From assembly GCA_963752285.1 (NCBI GenBank), contig CAVVXN010000005.1:224001-288000 (forward strand): a stretch of DNA of 64,000 bases. The letters are read 5' to 3'. Below the pieces are notes generated by a model. It was not told the DNA's origin and made no database searches. It saw only the letters and a list, made by a program, of their open reading frames with translations. The position numbers and the translations under genes were made by a program. Positions 56,733-64,000 of the stretch are shown here, one piece after another. Positions within the stretch are counted from its first letter, which is position 1; every line of letters begins with the position of its first letter. The stretch comes from an uncultured Planctomycetota bacterium (GTDB lineage: Bacteria; Planctomycetota; PLA2; JAEUHO01).

Positions 56733-58910
56733 TCAGACGCCCCCCGCCGCCTCGGCGATGGCGCGGCGCTGGAACACCTCTTGGGCCTCGCGGCGTTCCT
56801 CGCCCGCGGCGGGGCGGCGCTTCACGTACGTCCCGTCGGCCTGGCAGTCCCACGCCGCGTAGTTGTCGGCGAGGTACACGTCCAGGATCTCCTGGATCTC
56901 GGCCTGGTTCACGGCCTCCGGGACGGGCGTGATCGTCTCGACGCGGTGGTCCAGGTTCCGGCGCATCCAGTCCGCGGAGCCGAGGAAGAACTCGGGATGG
57001 CCCGCGTTCTCGAAGCGGTAGATCCGGCTGTGCTCCAGATAGCGGCCGACCACGCTGAACACGCGGATGTTCTCGGAGAGACCCGGCACGCCGGGGCGCA
57101 GCCGGTTGAGCCCCCGAACGATCAGCGTGATCGGGACCCCGGCGCGACCGGCGCGGTAGAGCTCGCGGACCAGGTCCGGGTCCTCGAGCTGATTCATCTT
57201 CGCCAGGATCCCGGAGGGGCGGCCCGCCTTCGCGTGCTCCGCCTCGCGCCGGATCAGCTCGGTGAAGCGAGACCGCAGGAAGGTCGGTGCGACGAGCAGG
57301 CGACGATACTGCGCGTGGGGCGTGGACCCCGTCAGGGCGTTGAACACCGCCGACACGTCGTCGCAGATGTCCGGGTCCGCGGTCAGCAGGCCCAGGTCCT
57401 CGTAGATGCGCGCGGTCCCGGTGTGGTAGTTCCCCGTGCCCACGTGCGCGTAGCGGCGGATCCGTCCCTGCTCCTCGCGGACGACGAGCGCGAGCTTCAC
57501 GTGGGTCTTGAGGCGCTCGACGCCGTAGGCGACGTGGACGCCTTCCTCCTCGAGGTGCTTGCCCCAGGCGATGTTCGGCGCCTCGTCGAACCGCGCGGTG
57601 ATCTCGACGAGGACGGCGACCTGCTTGCCGCGTCGGGACGCGTCCACGAGCGCTTGCATGATGGGGGAGTCGCTGCTCGTCCGGTAGATCGTGAGCTTGA
57701 TGCCGAGCGTCTTCGGGTCGCTCGCCGCCGACTGGAGGAACCTGAGCACCGACGTGTCGAACGAGTGGTACGGGTGGTGGAGCAGGACGTCGCCGCGGGC
57801 GATCTCCCGGAAGATCGCGCTCGTGTCCTTCGGGTCGAGGCCGGAGAGGCGCGGGTGGGTGACCGGCTCGTAGCGGGGAAACCGCAAGGGCTCCACGTCC
57901 GTGGGGTTGAGCTTGAGGAGGTCGCTCACACCGAGCAGGAAATCCTGGGCGAACACGTCGTCGCGGCCGAGGCCCAGGCGCTTCGCGAGCCAGTCCCGCA
58001 CGTCGGTGGGCATCCGGTGGTCCACCTGGAGCCGCACGCACCCGGCGAAGCGACGGGCCTTCAGCTCCTCGGACACCACGCGCACGATCAGGCCCGGCTC
58101 GGCGAGCGCCTCGTCCACCGTCAGGTCGAGCCCGCGCTCGGGATGCCCCTCGGCGCCGCGGCTCACGCGGAACGCGTAGATGCGGCGACGCGTGCTGCCC
58201 GGGAACATGAGGTCGAGGTTGGCGGCGATCACCTGCTCGAGCGGCACCCAGCCGTTCTCCTCCGGGAGAGGGACCCACCGCGGCCGGTTGTCGGGGACCT
58301 TGATCCGGACGAAGCGGTCGCGCCCCGAAGGCGGATCGGGCAGCAGCACGGCGAGGTTCAGTCCGTGGTTGCTGATGAAGGGGAAGGGGTGCTCCGCGTC
58401 CACCGCGAGCGGGGTCAGGATCGGCTGGATCGTCTCCTGGAACGTGCGTCGCAGCGCTTCGCGCTGCGCGGGACGCAGATCGTCCCAGTCACGGATCGGC
58501 CAGCCGCCCTTCTCCAGGGCGGGTCGGATGTGGTCGTCGATCTGCGTCGAGAGGATCTCGATCTGCCGGAGGACCTCGGCGCGCGCCGCCTGGAGCTCCT
58601 CCTCGGGGAGCATGCCGTCGGGTGAGCGCGTGCGCTGCCCCGCCTCGACGCCGTGCTTCATGCCGGACACGCGCTTCATGAAGAACTCGTCGTGGAGCAT
58701 CCCCATGATGCCGGCGAACTTCACGCGCTCGAGGATCGGGAGGTCTCCGTTCTGCACGAGCGCGAGGACGCGCCGGGCGAACCCGAGCCACGAGAGGTCC
58801 CGGTTCACCAGGACCTGCGGGCTGTCGATGTCGATCTCGGGCGCGATCTCGGTCCCGGGCTCGGCTTCGGTCGCGACGCGCGGCGGCGCGGGGGGCGGGT
58901 CACGGTCCAT
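56733..58910 (-). CDS. ppk1: Polyphosphate kinase 1
   Basis: NRDLSWL, DEFFMKRV, HPFPFISN, LLHHPYHSF, TIYR, ARFDE, KTHVK, GTGNY, KMN, GRYLEHSR, SADWMRRNL. Confidence 0.95.
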   Translation of the reverse strand: MDRDPPPAPPRVATEAEPGTEIAPEIDIDSPQVLVNRDLSWLGFARRVLALVQNGDLPILERVKFAGIMGMLHDEFFMKRVSGMKHGVEAGQRTRSPDGMLPEEELQAARAEVLRQIEILSTQIDDHIRPALEKGGWPIRDWDDLRPAQREALRRTFQETIQPILTPLAVDAEHPFPFISNHGLNLAVLLPDPPSGRDRFVRIKVPDNRPRWVPLPEENGWVPLEQVIAANLDLMFPGSTRRRIYAFRVSRGAEGHPERGLDLTVDEALAEPGLIVRVVSEELKARRFAGCVRLQVDHRMPTDVRDWLAKRLGLGRDDVFAQDFLLGVSDLLKLNPTDVEPLRFPRYEPVTHPRLSGLDPKDTSAIFREIARGDVLLHHPYHSFDTSVLRFLQSAASDPKTLGIKLTIYRTSSDSPIMQALVDASRRGKQVAVLVEITARFDEAPNIAWGKHLEEEGVHVAYGVERLKTHVKLALVVREEQGRIRRYAHVGTGNYHTGTARIYEDLGLLTADPDICDDVSAVFNALTGSTPHAQYRRLLVAPTFLRSRFTELIRREAEHAKAGRPSGILAKMNQLEDPDLVRELYRAGRAGVPITLIVRGLNRLRPGVPGLSENIRVFSVVGRYLEHSRIYRFENAGHPEFFLGSADWMRRNLDHRVETITPVPEAVNQAEIQEILDVYLADNYAAWDCQADGTYVKRRPAAGEERREAQEVFQRRAIAEAAGGV

Positions 58911-59112
58911 GACCACGATGGTAGCGCCCGCGCCAACGGGGGGCAGAGTCGCACCGATCGTACGGACGTCTTTACAGAAATCCACGAATACGACGGGCGG
59001 CGCGGGCGCCCGTCCCACCCTACGGCGGGCGGGGGGCGCGCGGATCGGCGCGGGTACGATCCGGCCGCGGCGCGGCGCGCGGTGCGCGATGCGCGACCCA
59101 CGGGAGAGGCAG

Positions 59113-60219
59113 ATGGGCGAGAGCGTGTTCGAGCGGTTCGCCGACGAGTTCGGACCGGAGAAGGTCGTCTACGTGACCGACCCGGCGGTCGGCCTGCGCG
59201 GCATCGTGGTCATCGACAACACGGCCGCGGGACCCGCCATCGGCGGCATCCGCATGGCGCCCGACGTGACGACGGAGGAGGTGTTCCGTCTCGCGCGGGC
59301 CATGACGTGGAAGAACGCCATGGCCGGCCTTTCCCACGGCGGTGGGAAGTCGGCGATCCTCGCGGACCCGGAGCAGGCCGACAAGGAGACGCTCGTCCGA
59401 CACTTCGCGCGGGCGCTCGCGCCGCTCGTCGGGTACATCCCCGGTCCCGACATGGGAACCGACGAGACGTCGATGGCGTGGGTGAGGGACGAGATGGGGC
59501 GGTCCGTCGGTCTGCCGAAGGTCCTGGGCGGCATCCCCCTCGACCAGGTCGGCGCGACGGGCTTCGGCTGCGCGGTGGCCTCGGAGGTGCTCCAGGACTT
59601 CCTCGACCTCCGCCTCGACGGCGCCCGCGTGTCGATCCAGGGCTACGGCAACGTCGGGCAGCACGCCGCCCGCTTCCTCGTGGAGCGCGGCGCGCGCGTG
59701 ACCGTCGTGACCGACCTGGACGGCACGGTCCACGACGAGAAGGGTCTCGACGTCCAGAAGCTGACCGCCCAGAAGCGCGAGACGGGCCGCGTCACGGACT
59801 ACGCCGGCGGGGAGAAGCTCGCGCGCGACGCGTTCATCGACCTGGAGTGCGAGATCTTCGTTCCGGCGGCGCGGCCCGACGTGATCGACCGCTCGAACGC
59901 CCACCGTCTGCGCTGCCGGGCCGTCGTGCAGGGGGCGAACATCCCGTGCACGAAGGAGGCCGAGGCGATCCTCCACCAGCGGGGCATCGTCTCGATCCCC
60001 GACTTCGTGGCGAACGCGGGAGGCGTCATCTGCGCGGCCGTCGAGTACCACGGGGGCACCGAGCGCCACGCCTTCCACGCCATCGAGGACAAGGTCCGCG
60101 AGAACACGGCCGCCGTCCTCGAGCGGGCGCGTCGGACCGGGCAGATGCCGCTCGAGGCCGCGACCACGCTGGCGAGGCAGCGCGTCGCGGAGGCGATGGC
60201 CTACCGTCGCCGTCGCTGA
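59113..60219 (+). CDS. Glu/Leu/Phe/Val dehydrogenase
   Basis: GPAIGGIR, MTWKNA, GGGK, GPDMGT, ATGFG, QGYGNVG, GAN, PDFVANAGGV. Confidence 0.92.
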   Translation: MGESVFERFADEFGPEKVVYVTDPAVGLRGIVVIDNTAAGPAIGGIRMAPDVTTEEVFRLARAMTWKNAMAGLSHGGGKSAILADPEQADKETLVRHFARALAPLVGYIPGPDMGTDETSMAWVRDEMGRSVGLPKVLGGIPLDQVGATGFGCAVASEVLQDFLDLRLDGARVSIQGYGNVGQHAARFLVERGARVTVVTDLDGTVHDEKGLDVQKLTAQKRETGRVTDYAGGEKLARDAFIDLECEIFVPAARPDVIDRSNAHRLRCRAVVQGANIPCTKEAEAILHQRGIVSIPDFVANAGGVICAAVEYHGGTERHAFHAIEDKVRENTAAVLERARRTGQMPLEAATTLARQRVAEAMAYRRRR

Positions 60220-60225
60220 GGGACG

Positions 60226-60275
60226 GTGGACCGCGCGGGGCCCCGCGGGACCCCGCGGGGACCCGCGCGGTACAC
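60226..60275. terminator. GC-rich hairpin after the dehydrogenase gene, built from the GTGGACCGCGCG motif
   Basis: GTGGACCGCGCGGG...CCCGCGCGGTACAC inverted repeat 6 nt after the stop codon; no U-tract. Confidence 0.45.
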
Positions 60276-60420
60276 GGAGACCCGGACAGAGGGGCCGACC
60301 CTGGCGAGCGGGCGTCCGGACGGGTAGCATCGCCCCGCCGGTGGGAGGCCGGGCGGGAGGCGAGGTCCTCCCGCGGCCGGGCGGCGGGTCCGCCTCGCCG
60401 TCGTTTGGGAGGTCGCCTCG

Positions 60421-60567
60421 ATGCGTCGTGTCGTCTGGATCCTCGTGCTCGGCTTCGTCGCGATGACCCTCTCCGCGTGCCACTGGAACTGGACGGACCC
60501 GTTCCATCCGACCGTCTGTCCGAGCACGCCGTCCTGCACGCCGCGCTGTCACCAGTACTGCGGCTGA
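60421..60567 (+). CDS. Tiny Cys-rich lipoprotein (48 aa), absent from the ORF track
   Basis: GGAGG RBS; MRRVVWILVLGFVAMTLSAC lipobox followed by HWNWTDPFHPTVCPSTPSCTPRCHQYCG. Confidence 0.75.
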   Translation: MRRVVWILVLGFVAMTLSACHWNWTDPFHPTVCPSTPSCTPRCHQYCG

Positions 60568-60666
60568 GCGCGGGAAGGACCCGCGCCCCGACTCGGCTCC
60601 GCGCGGTCCCCCGGTAGGCTGGCCTCGTCGCGCGAGCGCCGGCTCGCCCCGCACCGGAGGACGGCC

Positions 60667-61062
60667 ATGGCGGCGTACGCGTTCCGCGTCACCTTTCCCG
60701 GCTCGTTCGCGAAGGCGGTCGAGCGCGTGACCGAGGAGCTCAAGAAGGAGGGCTTCGGGATCCTGACCGAGATCGACGTCCGGGGGACGCTCAAGAAGAA
60801 GCTCGACCTGGACAGCCGCCCCTACGTCATCCTCGGGGCCTGCAACCCCGAGCTCGCACACCAGGCGATCGACGCGGAGCCCGACATCGGCTTGCTCCTC
60901 CCGTGCAACGTGGTGGTCCGGGAGGAGCCCGACCACTCGATCACGGTGGCGTTCATGGAGCCCCGCACGGTCCTCGGCCTCACGGGCCGCCGCGACCTCT
61001 CCCACCTCGGCGAGGAAGCCTACGAACGACTGGACCGGGTCCGGAAGGCGCTCGTCACCTGA
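60667..61062 (+). CDS. DUF302 domain protein
   Basis: GFGILTEID...LKKKL...YVILGACNP..A......IGLLLPCNVVV. Confidence 0.92.
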   Translation: MAAYAFRVTFPGSFAKAVERVTEELKKEGFGILTEIDVRGTLKKKLDLDSRPYVILGACNPELAHQAIDAEPDIGLLLPCNVVVREEPDHSITVAFMEPRTVLGLTGRRDLSHLGEEAYERLDRVRKALVT

Positions 61063-64000
61063 CGCCGACCTCGAGGTCGAGCGCGACGCGACCGCCGCGC
61101 GGGGCCGCCTCGACGGTCTTCGCGGAGCGGCCGTCCGGGGCACGGACGTCGAGGCGGTAGCGGGTGGCGGCGACGACCTCTGTCGTCGCGGTGCCCGCGC
61201 CGTCGCTCGTGGCCTCGCCGACGTGGAACCACACGTCGCCGATCCTCGCGAGGACCCGGACGTGCGCGTCCGCGACGGGCCGCCCGGCGTCGGGGTCCAC
61301 CACACGTACCGCCACCTCGACCGAGGTCGGCATGGCGTCCTCGCCGCGGACGCGGGGCGCGAGGGCCCCGAGAGACCTCTTCTCCCCGTCGCGGAGCTCG
61401 ACCTCGGCCTCGCCCGCCGGGAAGGGGCTCTCGGGGACCGCACGGCCGTCCTCGTCCTGGCGGATCTCCAGCACCCCCTTCGAGTCGCTCTCCAAGAGGA
61501 GGCCGACCCGAAAGCGTCCCGCCGGAAGCCCCCGGATCTCGTAGGCGCCCGAAGCGCTCGTGAGCGCCTGCCCGACGATCGTGAACGGGGCCTCGGTAGT
61601 CATCACGCGAACGAGACGCTCCGGGATCGGCGCACCCGTGCGCTCGAGCACGCGACCGGAAAGCACGGCGGTACCTGCGGGCGCGCGGACCTCGACCGGC
61701 GGCTCGGGACGGAGACCCACCTCGAACTTCCGCTCGAGCGGCCCTGAGGAGAGTCCCTCGACGTGGGCCCAGTACGTACCGGGATAGAGATCCTGGTGCA
61801 CGCTTCCCTCTTCGTCCGTCGTGAGCTCGAGGGCACCGATGCGCTTCCACTCCTCGATGCTGCCGTCGAATCTGCAGAACGGATGTCCCCAGACCAGGTG
61901 CATCCGGAGCCCCTGGCGCGGGTCGCCGTTCGCGTCGAGGACGCGGACCGTGGTCGGTACGCGTTCGGGGACGACGATCTCCACGGACGTGGTGGTCCCC
62001 GCCGCCAGATCGACGTCCTTCGTTCCCTTCCAGTGCCAGAGCCCGCCGGACTCACCCCTCGAGACCCTCGCCCCGACGATCCCCACGTTGCCGAGCGGTA
62101 GGCCCTCGAATCGGGCTCGGCCCTCGCCGTCGGTTCGTGCTTCCCACTGCTCGCGCGTCGTCCGGACGTCGAGCGTGACCCACGCGTCCGGCGCGGCCTC
62201 GCCCGCCGGCGTGACGGTTCTGATCTCGAGCGAGGCCGGCTCCTCGAGCCGGATCTGGAGGTCGTCTCGAGGGGCCACGACCTCGAGGGATGCGGTCGCC
62301 TTGCCGGGAAGCCGCACGACCAACCGGTAGGGCCCCGGCGGAAGCCCCGCCACCATGAAGCGTCCGTCGGAAGCGGCCGTCGTCCCGGTCACCTCGTGAT
62401 CCGTCCGGTCGTCGGGCTCCATGGCGCGCTCCTCCGGGCGCTCGAGCCCACGCACCTCGACGTGCGCGCCGGGGCCGTCGAGGACGCGGCCCGCGAGGGA
62501 CGGCTCCGCGGTGCCGCGCGTCAAGCGGACTTCGACCCGGGGCGGCTCTCCACCCCGGCGGACGTTCAGGGCCTGTGTGGCCGGCTCATAGCCCGGCGCG
62601 AACACGCGGAGGTCGACGCGGTCGTTCACGATCACCCCTTGACGGCGCGGCGGGTACTCCGCGAAGAGGCGGCCGAGAGGCGCAGGAAACAGGCTGTTCC
62701 AAGCTCTCGACGGCATACCCCAGGCCTCCCGTGAGAGCAGCTCGACGAGGGAACCGTCCTTGGGGTCCGTCACGACGCCGCGCGCCGCCACCGGCTCGTG
62801 CGTCACCGCGTCGACGACGTCTACCACGAGGCCCATCCGGTGGAGGACGAAGTCGCATCGGGAGGTCGGCGGGCTCAGGACGTGGTCCGGCGTGCCGTCG
62901 GGCACGCCGGGGTCGCCCTCCGCGTACTGGCGCACACTCACGAAGACCCGGACGGGCACGTCGTCGAGGGAGCCGAACACGTAGTGACCCTGCGCGTCGG
63001 TCGTCGTGCACGTCGGCACCCTGTCGTCCAGGTGGGCGGTCTCCATGGCGACGACGAGCGCCTTGGCGATCGGGGAACCGTCCGTCTCTCGCACGCTCCC
63101 CTCGAGCCGCCAGGCGGGGTGGAGCACCACGACCAGGTCGGGCCGCATCACCTGCACCTTGGCCACGGCCCAGCCGGGCTTGAGGAAGGCGAGCGCGTCG
63201 CATTCCTTCGGCGTCTCGTGGACGGTGAACGTGCCGTCCTCGGCCGTGATCGCGAGGGCGAGGGCGGGTTCCTCCTCCGCGTGGAGGACACCGTGGGGCG
63301 TGTCGAAGACCGTCACCACCTTCTGTCCGTGCAGCAGCAGGTGCCGAGGGTTCTGGAAGTGGGCCACGCGAACGCCGGCGATGGGCTGGCCATCGGCATC
63401 GACCACCCTGCCCGCGGCGTAGGGCCGTGCGGTGTCGGCTGGCGGCGCCGCCGGCGAGGCTGGGGCCGCGACCGGCTCGGTCGCCCGACCCCGCAGTCGC
63501 GGAGCGGGGGGCTCCTCTGCCCGGGGAGCGTTCGGTGCGGGCTCGGGCGCCGGGGCGGCGGCGGCCGGCGGCGGTTCCGGTGGCAGGACCGCCACGGCGG
63601 TCGGGTCCTTCGCGCGCGGAAGCGTCGTGGAGCCGACCACGACCAGCCCTCCCAGGAGCAGCAGGACGAGCACCGCCCCGCCGATGGTCTTCGTGGTGCT
63701 GGACACGATCGCGACTCCTCCTGCGACGGTCGTGGGCGCCGCGAGGGTCGGCGCGCCCGGGCGCGCGAACGAGAGCAGTGCGAGGGCCCACCGCCCCCGA
63801 TCGCCGTGGCTCTCCGCGTCGAAACGCTCCCGCAGGCGGTCGAGCCCTCGCTTGAGACGCGAGCGAACCGTCGCCTCGGGGACGCCGTGTCGATCCGCGA
63901 TCTCGCGGAGCGAGAGCTCGTCCACGTAGCGGAGCAGCACCGTCGTGCGGAACGGCTCGTCGAGCGCGAGGACCGCGTCCACGAGGCGGCGCTGCGTCTC
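61055..64000 (-). CDS. ECF sigma factor fused via a TM helix to carboxypeptidase-regulatory-like beta-sandwich repeats; 5' end outside the window
   Basis: Sigma region 4 (LDEPFRTTVLLRYVDELSLREIA...GVPEATVRSRLKRG), a TM segment, then repeated GRVVDADGQPIAG / TDAQGHY / TDGEGRARFEGLP units. Confidence 0.88.
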   Translation of the reverse strand, partial: ETQRRLVDAVLALDEPFRTTVLLRYVDELSLREIADRHGVPEATVRSRLKRGLDRLRERFDAESHGDRGRWALALLSFARPGAPTLAAPTTVAGGVAIVSSTTKTIGGAVLVLLLLGGLVVVGSTTLPRAKDPTAVAVLPPEPPPAAAAPAPEPAPNAPRAEEPPAPRLRGRATEPVAAPASPAAPPADTARPYAAGRVVDADGQPIAGVRVAHFQNPRHLLLHGQKVVTVFDTPHGVLHAEEEPALALAITAEDGTFTVHETPKECDALAFLKPGWAVAKVQVMRPDLVVVLHPAWRLEGSVRETDGSPIAKALVVAMETAHLDDRVPTCTTTDAQGHYVFGSLDDVPVRVFVSVRQYAEGDPGVPDGTPDHVLSPPTSRCDFVLHRMGLVVDVVDAVTHEPVAARGVVTDPKDGSLVELLSREAWGMPSRAWNSLFPAPLGRLFAEYPPRRQGVIVNDRVDLRVFAPGYEPATQALNVRRGGEPPRVEVRLTRGTAEPSLAGRVLDGPGAHVEVRGLERPEERAMEPDDRTDHEVTGTTAASDGRFMVAGLPPGPYRLVVRLPGKATASLEVVAPRDDLQIRLEEPASLEIRTVTPAGEAAPDAWVTLDVRTTREQWEARTDGEGRARFEGLPLGNVGIVGARVSRGESGGLWHWKGTKDVDLAAGTTTSVEIVVPERVPTTVRVLDANGDPRQGLRMHLVWGHPFCRFDGSIEEWKRIGALELTTDEEGSVHQDLYPGTYWAHVEGLSSGPLERKFEVGLRPEPPVEVRAPAGTAVLSGRVLERTGAPIPERLVRVMTTEAPFTIVGQALTSASGAYEIRGLPAGRFRVGLLLESDSKGVLEIRQDEDGRAVPESPFPAGEAEVELRDGEKRSLGALAPRVRGEDAMPTSVEVAVRVVDPDAGRPVADAHVRVLARIGDVWFHVGEATSDGAGTATTEVVAATRYRLDVRAPDGRSAKTVEAAPRGGRVALDLEVGVR

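Overview
Very GC-rich, gene-dense bacterial chromosomal segment. The gene content suggests an uncultured Planctomycetota lineage (inference): prenyltransferase/squalene-oxidase repeat protein, many exported HEAT/TPR proteins, and an ECF sigma factor fused to a long extracytoplasmic tail. Most of the window is housekeeping or envelope genes: aroE-aroK fusion, rfbB, tnaA, fetAB, ade, hpt, GS-III, MrfAB-like helicase/exonuclease, map, lysS, two ArnT-like and one GT9 glycosyltransferase, FprA, ppk1 and a Glu/Leu dehydrogenase. The notable non-routine signals are: (1) a tRNA-Met(CAT) gene followed by four identical 117-bp hairpin-rich units, each ending in the tRNA's own 32-nt 3' end (three in a 180-bp tandem, one 1.4 kb away, plus a partial fifth copy), interleaved with small and decayed cargo genes and with no integrase in the window; (2) an exported TlpA-like selenoprotein that the ORF track splits at an in-frame UGA (UxxC motif followed by a SECIS-like hairpin); (3) an 8 x 97-bp hairpin tandem array preceded by a perfect 22-bp inverted copy of the neighbouring gene's 3' end, an arrangement echoed at the tRNA array; (4) a 12-mer GTGGACCGCGCG found about nine times, in both orientations and always between genes; (5) small genes the ORF track misses or misplaces. 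No CRISPR-Cas, rRNA, transposase or integrase was recognised. All calls are by-eye motif recognition with no database searches.
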